A stretch of DNA of 64,000 nucleotides from an uncultured Candidatus Saccharibacteria bacterium (GCA_964434195.1 CAYSUI010000001.1:79833-143832); one strand, 5' to 3'. Numbered from the stretch's first letter, positions 48,975-59,291 are shown. Made by a program: numbers and translations. The notes: generated from the letters alone by a model not told the origin.

Positions 48975-49604
48975 TTAATCTAAAAGTTTTGCTCTGACTA
49001 CCAATCGATCTTTTGAGCTCCATAGAGGGGTGCAAGTGTAAAGTGTTAAAATTGGTTCCAAAGTAGCAGCTTCTATCTCTAGGGCTTGTGGCGGTACAAC
49101 TTTAGTTTCGTAAACTTCATATTCATAAGTTGTACCTTGCCATTTTAATCTAATTTTATCCCCTGAAACTATTTTATCTAAAAAATAAAAAGTTTCCGGT
49201 CCGCTTGTCTTAAGAAACCTATGAGCAACAATAACCGTATTACCACCTTTTTCAGGTGAGCTGGTCCAAGGTAGGTGCCAAATGCCAAGTTTTAACAAAT
49301 TCTGATTATCCCCTTCGTGAATTTCTCCATCTACACCAATCTTTTCTATAGTAAGCTTGTTTTTCTCGTTTGATATTGAAGGAGTAAATGACATTACCGA
49401 AATATCTCTTCGCTCCTCGCCTCTAAGTAAATTTGGTTTGGCATTTTGATTAACCTGTTTCTTTTCAAAAGATTCTGAATCGGGTCTTACGAATGCATAG
49501 GAGAAGCTGGGGATAAAAGGGCTTAATATAAAATAGGTAGCCAAAATTATAACTATAATAGAAAGATAGTTAATTATCCGCTCAAAAAATTTTTTAGGAA
49601 ACAT
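48975..49604 (-). CDS. sortase-family transpeptidase
   Basis: N-terminal TM anchor. Catalytic His (NTVIVAHRF), TLxTC Cys motif (LTLYTCTP), and conserved Arg (RLVVRAKL). Confidence 0.85.
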   Translation of the reverse strand: MFPKKFFERIINYLSIIVIILATYFILSPFIPSFSYAFVRPDSESFEKKQVNQNAKPNLLRGEERRDISVMSFTPSISNEKNKLTIEKIGVDGEIHEGDNQNLLKLGIWHLPWTSSPEKGGNTVIVAHRFLKTSGPETFYFLDKIVSGDKIRLKWQGTTYEYEVYETKVVPPQALEIEAATLEPILTLYTCTPLWSSKDRLVVRAKLLD

Positions 49605-49606
49605 AA

Positions 49607-52075
49607 TTACACCTCTTTAAGCTTTAGCTTGAGAAATTGCAAGAATAGAACACCTGAGAGTAGTAACACACCCAAAAAGAAACTACCAGAACTCCTACTT
49701 GAAGTAGGTTGCAACTCACCACCTGACCCACCTGTAACTGTTTTATTAAGCCCTATGTCCTTAAAACTGACCACTTCACCGCCGGAGATTGTTAAATTCT
49801 GAGATGCACTACCCCCTGAAGACTCGGTTGATACAGCATAACCAGAGGTTTTTTCCTGTGTTAAATCTAAGGATAAAGAAATGTTTCCAGATACTACTGC
49901 TGTTGAAAAACTACCGGAATTATCTGTTAATACTGGAATAGATACCCCACTTCCGTCCGTTATTCTTAGACTTACCCCGTCTGCACCCAACTCACCATTA
50001 TCTTGTATTCCGTTATTGTCGGTATCATAAAATACCTTTCCTGATACCTGTCCGACAAGCAGTGGAGTAGTACTACCTGATTGAACAGTTATTGTAACAA
50101 CGGCTGTACTAACGGCGTTTTTAGTATCTGCAATCGTGTAATTAAAAGTATCTACTCCTGTATACCCATTTGAAGGTGTATAAACACATGAACCATCTGC
50201 ACTACATATTACAGCACCGTGCGCTGTGGTGGTTGCAGAAAGAGGCGAGGTTACCAGGAAAGTATCCCCTTCTGGATCTGAATCATTGGTTTTTACTTGT
50301 ATAGAAACAGGGGTATTTATAGGTGTGGTAGCTGAATCGTTTACAGCTATTACAGAATTTGTAGGATTTACTGCGGTTCCAGCTACACTTAGATTACCGC
50401 TAAATTCTGAAGTATTACCATTGCCGTCCGTTGCTGTAGCGGTTAGGATAGTCCCATTTGAGATTGTGGCTGCCAATGATGACAGCGCTATAGAATATGA
50501 AAATTTATTCGTTGTGTCTGTACCTTGAGAAAGTGAATTGATTTGCGTCGGTCCATAGCTACCAGTAGTAGCATCTGTATCCGCACTTGATCCTTCTGTC
50601 AGTGTGGTTAAGTATGTCTTGCCTTCTCCAAATCCACTTGGATCAGGATCTGAAATAAATAGCTCTATAATGCTCCCTGGTCTTGCAAAACCAGCCAAAA
50701 TAAGATTACTACCGCTTATTTGTGCAGTACTAAGCACTGGGAAATTAAATTTATCGTTTCCTCCAGAGTCTGCGTCATTAGAGTCATTAATCGTAACCCC
50801 TGTTAAATCAGGATCTATATCTATTGCTAAACTTGTTTGATTATTTGGTGAGTTATCGTTCTGGTAGAAGGAATTTTTAGAAATTGTATTTTTCTTACCG
50901 GTAACCATCACTCCTTTTCCATTGTTATTAAAAACTAAATTCTTTGTGAATAAGGAATTAGAACCACCAGCCAGTACAGCACCCGTACCATTTGCCGAAA
51001 GAGTATTGTTCTCTATGGTCATAGCTCCTGTACCTGGAGTAGTTATTTCAATACCAAAATCAGCATACTCATTATTAGCATCGTTACCACTCGTAACATT
51101 TTGACCAGTAATTATATTTTGTCTGATTATTGAACCCGCTACGTTTGTACTATCTGTAAAAGCAACGCCTGGACCGGCAAGGTTTTGCGCTCGATTATTA
51201 TTTCTTATCTCATTCTTCTCTATAATAGTTCCACTGGTATCACCTACTCTAACAAATACACCGGTCATATCATGAAAGCCAATGAGGTTGTTTCTAATAA
51301 CTGCGTTCTTAGCATTTTCAATATATACACCGTTTGCCTGACCCCGCGAACCCACACCCGGGTCTACAAAACCCTCAGCACTTGAGCCGAGAAAATTTTG
51401 CTCTACCAGAAGACCCGAACAACATAGAGTACCTATCTCCCCGCTTTCATTGGGTTTTCCGAAACCGTATATAGCGAGCCCTTTTATAGATATATTATTT
51501 GCGGCGGCCTCAATGCCATAAGTTTGTGAATTTGGTTGTGCAAAAGATGCTTTTATTTCTATTTCAGGTTTATTAACTTTGGAAAAAGAAACAGAATCAA
51601 CACCGACAGTTCCCCCACTTCCGTCTTGCCCAGTATTAGTATCTCCACCAAATGATGTTTGAGAAGTACCGTCTACTATAGTGCCTGTGCAAGTTATAGC
51701 GGGTAAAGCACTTTTTGGGGTAATTCGGTAATATACCCCTCCAGAATATGTAACTTTTCCGTTTGTGCCAGATGACGCTGCGGTTTCTGAATTTGGAATA
51801 TTAAATATGATGGAATTGGTTCCGGCTGGACATGCGGAATTTAAATCTAAAATAGCCTGCCTTAAGCTTCCTGCTCCTGTGTCATTTGTATTCGTTACAA
51901 CAAAATTCTGTGCATCTACCTTACTAAAGGGGAGGGAGTAAAAACTAAATAAAGCGGTTAGCAAAAAAACTACTTGTAGTGATGAAATAAGTCTCTTACC
52001 AGAAAGAAACTTTTTGTTTTTTTGTTCTTCAGGTAAGTAATATGTAATGGATTCAATTTTTGGAGTTTTGTGCAT
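49607..52075 (-). CDS. large surface protein with beta-helix repeats, Ig/cadherin-like region and C-terminal sorting-signal-like tail (probable sortase substrate)
   Basis: N-terminal signal/TM. NosD/pectate-lyase-like repeats. C-terminus ...GGSGGELQPTSSRSSGSFFLGVLLLSGVLFLQFLKLKLKEV (motif, then hydrophobic segment, then basic tail). Stop lies 2 nt upstream of the sortase gene. Confidence 0.6.
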   Translation of the reverse strand: MHKTPKIESITYYLPEEQKNKKFLSGKRLISSLQVVFLLTALFSFYSLPFSKVDAQNFVVTNTNDTGAGSLRQAILDLNSACPAGTNSIIFNIPNSETAASSGTNGKVTYSGGVYYRITPKSALPAITCTGTIVDGTSQTSFGGDTNTGQDGSGGTVGVDSVSFSKVNKPEIEIKASFAQPNSQTYGIEAAANNISIKGLAIYGFGKPNESGEIGTLCCSGLLVEQNFLGSSAEGFVDPGVGSRGQANGVYIENAKNAVIRNNLIGFHDMTGVFVRVGDTSGTIIEKNEIRNNNRAQNLAGPGVAFTDSTNVAGSIIRQNIITGQNVTSGNDANNEYADFGIEITTPGTGAMTIENNTLSANGTGAVLAGGSNSLFTKNLVFNNNGKGVMVTGKKNTISKNSFYQNDNSPNNQTSLAIDIDPDLTGVTINDSNDADSGGNDKFNFPVLSTAQISGSNLILAGFARPGSIIELFISDPDPSGFGEGKTYLTTLTEGSSADTDATTGSYGPTQINSLSQGTDTTNKFSYSIALSSLAATISNGTILTATATDGNGNTSEFSGNLSVAGTAVNPTNSVIAVNDSATTPINTPVSIQVKTNDSDPEGDTFLVTSPLSATTTAHGAVICSADGSCVYTPSNGYTGVDTFNYTIADTKNAVSTAVVTITVQSGSTTPLLVGQVSGKVFYDTDNNGIQDNGELGADGVSLRITDGSGVSIPVLTDNSGSFSTAVVSGNISLSLDLTQEKTSGYAVSTESSGGSASQNLTISGGEVVSFKDIGLNKTVTGGSGGELQPTSSRSSGSFFLGVLLLSGVLFLQFLKLKLKEV

Positions 52076-52146
52076 TTGTTTCTTTCTGTAATTGTAGCAT
52101 GCTACTTGGAAGTTTAGAAAATAAAAAAACCAACATGTGTTGGAAT

Positions 52147-52854
52147 TTATTTTAATTCGGCCAGAAGTGAAATTCTGGAATGGAAAATAGCTCGCTCGCT
52201 TTGTGTGTATCGACTACCTAGCGCAGCAAGACTCTTCTTTGCCTGCCTTGATGCACCATAGCTTTTTTCCAGTTCAGTTCTCAGAATCTCTGAGGAGAGA
52301 AGTGTCATTAAGCTTACATCGTTTGCACGCCTGCTTTGCTTTTCGCCTCTGACTTTTTTCGCCCACGAAGACTTAACGAGACTATCCAGGTGGTTTTTTG
52401 CTTCGATAACAACACTCAACTGTTTATAGACGAAGGCCTGGAGAAGTAGAACGGAGGCGTAGGAGCTGGTGTTTATCTTACTAAAACCTAATGCTTCCAT
52501 ACCTCGCTGTCTTGCTAAACCAGGCATTCTTTCGGTTACAAGTGAGACCATTGTTAGGTACGAACGCGTGACCCTGCGCCATCTGTCGTCTCCCTTGCCT
52601 TCTAGACGGGGTACTAGATTTGCAAGCTCAACTAAATCCGCGTGTTTTCCGTCGCTTAGTTTGTTATTGAGGAAAAACTCAATGAAGTAGATAGTGCCTA
52701 GGTCTATGAAGATACCTTCGGCAGCAAGAGGATTGTCGCGTAAAACTCGGTCTAGCGCTTCTCTTAAAACCACCCGTGCTTTTTCGAACTTACCTTTTTT
52801 AACCAGTGACAAGGCGCTAGTGCGCGCTTTTTTGCCGGTAAACTTTCTTGCCAT
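52147..52854 (-). CDS. hypothetical protein; higher GC
   Basis: 235-aa ORF. No motif recognised. Confidence 0.4.
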   Translation of the reverse strand: MARKFTGKKARTSALSLVKKGKFEKARVVLREALDRVLRDNPLAAEGIFIDLGTIYFIEFFLNNKLSDGKHADLVELANLVPRLEGKGDDRWRRVTRSYLTMVSLVTERMPGLARQRGMEALGFSKINTSSYASVLLLQAFVYKQLSVVIEAKNHLDSLVKSSWAKKVRGEKQSRRANDVSLMTLLSSEILRTELEKSYGASRQAKKSLAALGSRYTQSERAIFHSRISLLAELK

Positions 52855-52904
52855 CGTAAAATCCTCCTTTTTTCGAACGGTAAGTTACTTTTTAACATAT
52901 TGGG

Positions 52905-52930
52905 TTGAATTTGGTCAAAAATGCTATAAT
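52905..52930 (+). promoter_or_regulatory. putative extended -10 promoter (TGcTATAAT) placing the trpS ATG at the transcript 5' end (leaderless)
   Basis: TTGAAT (52905-52910), 14-nt spacer, TGCTATAAT ending at 52930. ATG at 52937, with no SD sequence. Confidence 0.35.
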
Positions 52931-52936
52931 CTTTTC

Positions 52937-53917
52937 ATGAATAATAAAGAGATTATAGTTTCGGGAATGAGGGCTACGGGTAAGTTACATATTGGTAACT
53001 ACTTAGGTGCACTTAGGCAATTCCTCGAAATTCAGGAAGACAAGAATAAAAATTGCTACTTTTTTATAGCAGACCTACATGCTCTCACTACCCCTTTTAA
53101 ACCTGAGGAACTTAGAAAAAACGAACTTGAAATAGTTTCCGAATATTTAGCAGCAGGAATAGACCCAAAAAAATCTACATTTTTCCTTCAGAGCCATGTA
53201 CAGGAACACACGGAACTCGCTTGGATATTTAACTGCATTACCCCACTCCCTGAACTCGAAAGGATGACTCAATTTAAAGACAAGTCAGCTACCCATAAAA
53301 CAAACATAAATGCTGGCTTACTTACCTACCCCACACTTATGGCAGCGGATATTTTACTTTATAAAGCAAACGGAGTACCTGTGGGAGAAGACCAGGTGCA
53401 ACATGTTGAATTATCGAGAATAGTAGCCAGAAAGTTTAATAATGCTTTTGGGAGTACATTCCCTGAACCCAAAACCTACGAGAGGAAACCACTAAGAATT
53501 CAGAGCTTAAAGAATCCTGAGAAAAAGATGAGCAAGACAGCCGATGATCCTCTGTATATTTCAGATGATGAAGAAGAAGTGAAAAGAAAAATTAAAAAAG
53601 CGGTAACTGGAAGCGATGGTCATGGTTCAAATGCTGGGGTAGACAATTTAATGTCCCTACTCGCCCACTTTGGTACAATTCAGGAAGTTGCTTATTTTAC
53701 TGATGGAATACGTGATAACACTATAAAATTTAGCGAACTAAAAGAAACAGTTTCAAAAAATATATCTGACTATTTTAATGATTTTAGAGAAAAGAAGAAT
53801 GACTTTTTATCTAAACCAGATGTCCTAGCAGAAATACTTGCGGAAGGAGCCAAGAAAGCTAGAAAAACAGCAAATGAAACCATGTTGGAAGTTAAAGAAA
53901 AAATAGGCTTACTGTAA
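52937..53917 (+). CDS. trpS: tryptophanyl-tRNA synthetase
   Basis: Class I aaRS with HIGH variant (GKLHIGNYLG) and KMSKS (KKMSKT). 326 aa is typical for TrpRS. The track ORF begins 81 codons upstream, in what is more likely non-coding sequence. Confidence 0.85.
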   Translation: MNNKEIIVSGMRATGKLHIGNYLGALRQFLEIQEDKNKNCYFFIADLHALTTPFKPEELRKNELEIVSEYLAAGIDPKKSTFFLQSHVQEHTELAWIFNCITPLPELERMTQFKDKSATHKTNINAGLLTYPTLMAADILLYKANGVPVGEDQVQHVELSRIVARKFNNAFGSTFPEPKTYERKPLRIQSLKNPEKKMSKTADDPLYISDDEEEVKRKIKKAVTGSDGHGSNAGVDNLMSLLAHFGTIQEVAYFTDGIRDNTIKFSELKETVSKNISDYFNDFREKKNDFLSKPDVLAEILAEGAKKARKTANETMLEVKEKIGLL

Positions 53918-53928
53918 GCCTATTTTTT

Positions 53929-55302
53929 TTATTTCACTAAGCCTAAAATCTTATTTTTGTATTCTTCCAAAGATTTCTCGCTTCCTGATTCCACTATTAT
54001 TCGCATAAGCGGTTCTGTGTTGCTGGCACGAACTATAAACCAAGCATCAGGATATTCTATATATACTCCGTCTACAGTATTTACTTTCCCATCTTTAAAT
54101 GTTTCTTTAATTTTTTCTATACGTTCTAAAATCTCTTCTCTGTTATTCATGTGAATATTTATCTCTCCGGTCTGGAAATATCGATTTCTAAAAGGCGCAA
54201 GAATTTCTGAGAATGGTTTGTTTTGCTTCGAGATATATTCGAGTATTTTAGCGGCAACTAACATAGAAGCCTCAAAAGTACCATAAGGGAATTTGTAGAA
54301 AAAATGCCCACTGGACTCGCCTCCAAAGATAGCCCCTTCCCGTAACATTTGAGCTTTAATTAGTGAATGACCAACAGGAGTAATTGAAGGATTTCCACCT
54401 GCTTCTAGTATCATATCTTCAGTAATTTTACCGGGACGAATGTCGTAACATATCGTTGCGCCTGGGTTGGATTCGAGTTCAATTTGCGCCAATAATCCTC
54501 TAATAATAGGTTGCTCTACTGACTGCCCTTTCTCATCAATAAAAAATATACGATCGCCATCACCGTCGAGAGAAATACCAAGATCGGCATTCTCAGCTAT
54601 AACCACCTTTTTTAGTTCTATTTTATTTTCTTCTTTCAACGGATCTGCTTCATGGGCTGGGAATGTTCCATCTAACTCGAAGTTCATTTTAGTAACTATG
54701 CAATTGAGTTTACTGAAGAGAGCCTCTGCATCAAGTGCACCCATTGCATTTGCTGCGTCTACAACAACTTTAAGACGCTTTATGTTGGATGTTTCTACAT
54801 GAGTAAGATGATCTTCTATACTTTCTTCTGTAACACCCATTCTGTTGTGAACGATACCTTCAACTTCAGCAAGTGGTGTATAACTATCTGACAAAATAAT
54901 ATCTCTTATTTCAAATAGTCCTGTGTCTCCACCAACCGGCACCCCTCCACTTCTTACGACCTTGACTCCGTTGTACTCCTTGGGATTATGAGATGCAGAT
55001 ACCTGCAGTCCTCCATGATAACCACCCGAGGCTGTAGCGTAATAAAATACTGGGGTTGAGACGAGCCCTAAGTTGTCTACATCTAATCCACTTTCAGTAA
55101 GTGCTTTTATTAAACTTTCTTGAAGCTCGGGACTAGAAAGTCTCATGTCGCGACCAACACATATTTTTTTAGCTTCAGGGTCTACTTTTGTTAACCAGGT
55201 AGCGTAAGCCCTCCCAATCTTATAGATAACTTCGGAATTAATTGCTGAAGGATATATTCCTCTTATATCGTATGCCTTAAACAGAGTAGGTTCTAAATTC
55301 AT
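53929..55302 (-). CDS. phosphoglucomutase/phosphomannomutase family protein
   Basis: Active-site phosphoserine loop (VSASHNP). Mg-binding (DGDGDR). Four-domain PGM/PMM length. Confidence 0.88.
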   Translation of the reverse strand: MNLEPTLFKAYDIRGIYPSAINSEVIYKIGRAYATWLTKVDPEAKKICVGRDMRLSSPELQESLIKALTESGLDVDNLGLVSTPVFYYATASGGYHGGLQVSASHNPKEYNGVKVVRSGGVPVGGDTGLFEIRDIILSDSYTPLAEVEGIVHNRMGVTEESIEDHLTHVETSNIKRLKVVVDAANAMGALDAEALFSKLNCIVTKMNFELDGTFPAHEADPLKEENKIELKKVVIAENADLGISLDGDGDRIFFIDEKGQSVEQPIIRGLLAQIELESNPGATICYDIRPGKITEDMILEAGGNPSITPVGHSLIKAQMLREGAIFGGESSGHFFYKFPYGTFEASMLVAAKILEYISKQNKPFSEILAPFRNRYFQTGEINIHMNNREEILERIEKIKETFKDGKVNTVDGVYIEYPDAWFIVRASNTEPLMRIIVESGSEKSLEEYKNKILGLVK

Positions 55303-55381
55303 TCTAATTTCAGTTAATTGCTCCTTATGTTAGCATCTTATCAATAAATGGGTATAAAAAAAAATGGCGTATTGCCATGGA

Positions 55382-55744
55382 TTAGTTACCTTCAGCAAAT
55401 AGCCGACCGAGCTTGTCTTGAGTTGTGTAAAGAACCGAGCTTTCGCCTCCATTTTTGGCCCGCCGATGGAAGGCCCAAACTTCTGATGCGCCAACTGCGA
55501 TTATTTCACCGCCGATGACCCATTCGCATTTCTTTTGCAAAGCTTGAAGTACGTTGCCGAATTCGAATTGCCCAGTAACACCAAGGAGTGCCGTCTTCAT
55601 CTCTTCCGGGAGTTTAGGGTCTTTGTTGACCACAACGTAATCGCCCCCGTGTTTGGGGGCGCTGCGGAAAAAAATCGCTTCGAACTCAGGAATCTGTGCA
55701 ATTGGCAACGTCAACTTAGTAGACATTTGTCTTTTTTCCTCCAA
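55382..55744 (-). CDS. hypothetical protein; higher GC
   Basis: 120-aa ORF. GC about 48% by eye. Confidence 0.4.
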   Translation of the reverse strand: MEEKRQMSTKLTLPIAQIPEFEAIFFRSAPKHGGDYVVVNKDPKLPEEMKTALLGVTGQFEFGNVLQALQKKCEWVIGGEIIAVGASEVWAFHRRAKNGGESSVLYTTQDKLGRLFAEGN

Positions 55745-55911
55745 AAGCTTTTAACACCTAGGGCCAAACTTCGACCCCAAAACTCTAACGTTCTCGCAAT
55801 ATACCATAAACTTTAATTACTAGGCAAGTAAAATATTATTGACACATCTTATAAAAATATTTATAATGCGAACTTAACATTCGCGTATAAACAATTTTGG
55901 AGGAGATGAAA

Positions 55912-56373
55912 ATGAAACAGTTTATTGTGAAAACGATCATGAAATCGATAATGGTGCTTGTTCAAATATTACCGTATTGTGGTTGGGTGTTCCTCATCTG
56001 CATGGCAATCTTTGGATATCTGGGGTTCATTTCGGACACACCGCATCGGTGGGCAGAACTTACTTTTTACAGCGGTGTGTGTGTTTACATTGCCAGCGCA
56101 TTGTTTACTTCTGCTGTCATGCTAACCATGACATACAAACATTGTTGTTTTGGGTTGAACACTTTTAAAAACCATTTTACCCATATGAAGAACACCGGAG
56201 AGGTTATCTCGGCTTCTATTTTCTGGCCTTTTTCCTGGCCACGAATTAGCAAAAATCTTAGCGGCTGGGGAATTTACTGGATTGATGAAGTTATATCCTG
56301 TGTTCTCTACTGGGTGGGTGACAGAAGAGTAGTAATACAAACCGAAACATTCAGCATAGACAATGAAAATTAG
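55912..56373 (+). CDS. membrane protein (hypothetical)
   Basis: ATG at 55912, 9 nt after GGAGG. Three or four TM helices. Confidence 0.45.
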   Translation: MKQFIVKTIMKSIMVLVQILPYCGWVFLICMAIFGYLGFISDTPHRWAELTFYSGVCVYIASALFTSAVMLTMTYKHCCFGLNTFKNHFTHMKNTGEVISASIFWPFSWPRISKNLSGWGIYWIDEVISCVLYWVGDRRVVIQTETFSIDNEN

Positions 56374-56442
56374 CGACACTTTAAAATAGTGTCTTTTTAT
56401 TTTATCTATGCTAATATTGACGAGATTTTATAAAAGAAACTT

Positions 56443-57513
56443 ATGTCATTTCAAATAGGAATTGTAGGCTTACCGAATGTTGGGAAGTCTACGTTGTTTA
56501 ATGCAATAACTAAATCTAAGGTAGAAGCGGCCAACTACCCTTTTGCTACTATTGACCCTAATGTAGGTGTAGTAGCAGTTCCAGACGAGCGCCTGGCTAA
56601 ACTAGCAGAACTTGAGAAAAGCGAAAAAATAGTACCGACGAGTATTGAGTTTGTAGATATTGCAGGGCTGGTTAGTGGTGCACACAAAGGTGAAGGGCTG
56701 GGTAACCAATTCTTATCACATATACGTGAAGTAGATGCGATTATGGAAGTGGTTAGGGTTTTTGAGAATAAAGATATTATTCATGTAAACGGCTCTGTAG
56801 ACCCAAGCAGAGATATGGAAACTATAGGGATAGAACTACAATTGGCAGATCTACAAAATGTAGAAAAAAGATTGGAAACAGTCAGCAGAAACGCTCGGAG
56901 TGGCGACAGAGAAATGGTGGTAAAGAAAGATGTTTTGGAAAAATATAAAGCAGCTCTGGAAGCTGGCAAAATGGCTAACACCGTAGAGCTTACAGAAGAA
57001 GAAAAAAAGTTTTCCAAAGATGTCCAGCTTTTAACAACAAAACCTTTTTTGTTTGTTGCGAATAGCGAGTACGATTTGGACTCACATAAATTTTTGGGTA
57101 CCTCCCCTACTCCGGATGCTATTCTGATAGACGCTAAAATAGAGTCCGAGCTTGCGGAGCTTGAAGATAGCGAGCGAGATGAATATCTAAAAGAATTAGG
57201 AATCACCGAAAGTGGTTTGGATAAGATCATTCGTACAGCTTACAAAACTCTTGGGCTTATTACTTTTATTACTGCGGGTCCAAAAGAAAGCAAGGCCTGG
57301 ACATGCAAGAGTGGGTCTAAAGCACCGCAAGCTGCTGGGGTGATTCATACGGATTTTGAAAAAGGATTCATACGCGCAGAAGTTATACAGTGGGATAAAC
57401 TTTTGGAAGCGAATGGGTATAGCGGTGCGAGAGATAAGGGCTGGCTTAGAGTGGAAGGTAAGGAATATGTTGTACAAGACGGCGACGTGGTTCACTTTAG
57501 GTTCAGCAATTAA
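56443..57513 (+). CDS. ychF: ribosome-binding ATPase YchF (Obg-family)
   Basis: G1 motif IGIVGLPNVGKSTLFNAIT. YchF-specific coiled-coil insert and C-terminal TGS domain. Confidence 0.93.
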   Translation: MSFQIGIVGLPNVGKSTLFNAITKSKVEAANYPFATIDPNVGVVAVPDERLAKLAELEKSEKIVPTSIEFVDIAGLVSGAHKGEGLGNQFLSHIREVDAIMEVVRVFENKDIIHVNGSVDPSRDMETIGIELQLADLQNVEKRLETVSRNARSGDREMVVKKDVLEKYKAALEAGKMANTVELTEEEKKFSKDVQLLTTKPFLFVANSEYDLDSHKFLGTSPTPDAILIDAKIESELAELEDSERDEYLKELGITESGLDKIIRTAYKTLGLITFITAGPKESKAWTCKSGSKAPQAAGVIHTDFEKGFIRAEVIQWDKLLEANGYSGARDKGWLRVEGKEYVVQDGDVVHFRFSN

Positions 57514-57543
57514 AAATAGCGAAGCTCGTCCATGAGCTTCGCT

Positions 57544-57963
57544 TTATAATTTAGTATGACCTGGGAAAGCCTTTGCAAGCAACGGGGTAATATCCGCTAT
57601 CATTTGACTAAGGCCCAACTCCGGATACTCAAACTCTTTGTCCCTATCCGTACCGTAACCAGGTAAAACCACGAGCAACTTAACTGGCTGACTGAGATAG
57701 TTGCTTGTTTTCCATACCTTTACGGTAAGAATTAGAGAAGCATTTGGTTGGTGTCCTCTGCGGAAGCAGAGGTCGACACCGTTGCTATGCCTTTCAATGT
57801 TTAAATCGGTACCCATGAAAAGCATTCTGAAATGCGATTCGATCATGAGCTTTATTTCTTCTGTGTCCATGATGCGGCGATTTACTGCCGAAAAGATATC
57901 ACCCCGCTTCACCGAGTTGAACATCAAGATGACCACGATTACCCACACAGCAAATGTTAACAT
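57544..57963 (-). CDS. hypothetical membrane-anchored protein
   Basis: 139 aa with an N-terminal TM helix. Confidence 0.35.
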   Translation of the reverse strand: MLTFAVWVIVVILMFNSVKRGDIFSAVNRRIMDTEEIKLMIESHFRMLFMGTDLNIERHSNGVDLCFRRGHQPNASLILTVKVWKTSNYLSQPVKLLVVLPGYGTDRDKEFEYPELGLSQMIADITPLLAKAFPGHTKL

Positions 57964-58129
57964 ACTAGCCTCCGGATTGAATGTTTAGGAAAGTTTAAAA
58001 TTTATTATGCATAAAATTTAGCTATAGGTCAAGGGAGTGACAAAACTCATTGCAAATGCTAGAATTAAGCACAAATTAATCATATTCGCCCATTTTTATG
58101 ATGGGTGATGTAGAAAGGGAAACTTTCTC

Positions 58130-58651
58130 ATGCCACGGTATGAACTGTGCTATATCCTGTCATCACAGGTTAGTGATGATTTAGTGCCGGAAACTACTGC
58201 TCAAATTAAGAAGTTCATAGAGGACTTCGGCGGAAGTGAAATAGAAGAACAACAATTAGGTAAGAAAAAACTTGCCTACCCTATTAAGAAAACCAGGAAT
58301 GGTTTTTATGTAGTAGAAAGGTTTAATATAGAGAGCTCAAAGATAAACGAATTGGATGCCAAAATTCGCTCTCAAACCGCAACAGTAATTCGTTACTTAA
58401 TAATAAACTTAGATGAACACCTAGAAAGACTTGAGAAGGACAAAATTGCTCAAGCTAAACTACCTAAACGTGAAATTCCTGAAGATGCGGAAGAAAAGGT
58501 AGAGGCAGTTGTAGAAGAAAAAGTTGAAGAAATAAAGCCTGCACTAGAAGAAGAGATGGGTGAAGTAAAAGAATCTCCTAAGGCTAAAATAGAAATATCT
58601 TCTTCTGACTTAGATAAAAAAATAGAAGAAGCGTTAAATCAACAGATTTAA
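58130..58651 (+). CDS. rpsF: 30S ribosomal protein S6 with acidic C-terminal extension
   Basis: The S6 fold signature (YELCYIL...KLAYPI...GFYVVERF) plus an E/K-rich tail. Confidence 0.8.
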   Translation: MPRYELCYILSSQVSDDLVPETTAQIKKFIEDFGGSEIEEQQLGKKKLAYPIKKTRNGFYVVERFNIESSKINELDAKIRSQTATVIRYLIINLDEHLERLEKDKIAQAKLPKREIPEDAEEKVEAVVEEKVEEIKPALEEEMGEVKESPKAKIEISSSDLDKKIEEALNQQI

Positions 58652-58752
58652 CTAGTAAAAAGTTCATCGAGTTCTTAAAGTTAAAAAGTTATTGAAGGGT
58701 AAGACTTTACGAACTTTATTAACTTTACAAACTTTATTAACAAAAAAAGCAT

Positions 58753-59241
58753 ATGGACTTAAATAAGGTTATGATTATTGGGAGACTTACCCGGGATCCC
58801 GAACTTAAGACTACTCCTAATGGAGCGAGTGTATGTACCTTGAGTCTTGCAACCAATTACGTTTATACAAACCCACAAACTAATCAAAAAGTTGAACAGG
58901 TTGAGTACCACAACGTAGTTCTCTGGAGAAAGATAGCAGAGATAGCTAACCAATACCTAAAAAAAGGCCGAAGAGTTTACATAGAAGGTAGACTCCAAAC
59001 TAGAACTTGGGATGGACCAGACGGCAAAAAAAATTATCGCACAGAAATTGTTGGCGATAACATGATAATGCTAGATGGTGGTGCTGGCGGCACTTCTATG
59101 GAAGGTGGTAGTCCAGGTGGACAGTCCTCCCCTACTCCTATGAGGAGTTCTCCTAGTTCACCTAAAAAGGAAATGGTAGAAGAAGAACTTCCAACCATTA
59201 ACCAAGACGAAGACATAAATGTCGATGATATTCCCTTTTAG
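58753..59241 (+). CDS. ssb: single-stranded DNA-binding protein
   Basis: OB-fold (NKVMIIGRLTRDPELKTTPNGASVCTLSLA), a Gly-rich linker and the C-terminal acidic tail ...DDIPF. Confidence 0.93.
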   Translation: MDLNKVMIIGRLTRDPELKTTPNGASVCTLSLATNYVYTNPQTNQKVEQVEYHNVVLWRKIAEIANQYLKKGRRVYIEGRLQTRTWDGPDGKKNYRTEIVGDNMIMLDGGAGGTSMEGGSPGGQSSPTPMRSSPSSPKKEMVEEELPTINQDEDINVDDIPF

Positions 59242-59291
59242 AATGACATGATTGAGCATGATTAATTAAGATTGACATGAATAATTAATCT

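Noticed and set aside
58652-58752. Direct repeats aactttattaac x2 upstream of ssb as a regulatory site
   Set aside because: The repeats are short and AT-rich in an AT-rich spacer. They could be chance or promoter elements, and there is insufficient evidence to call them.
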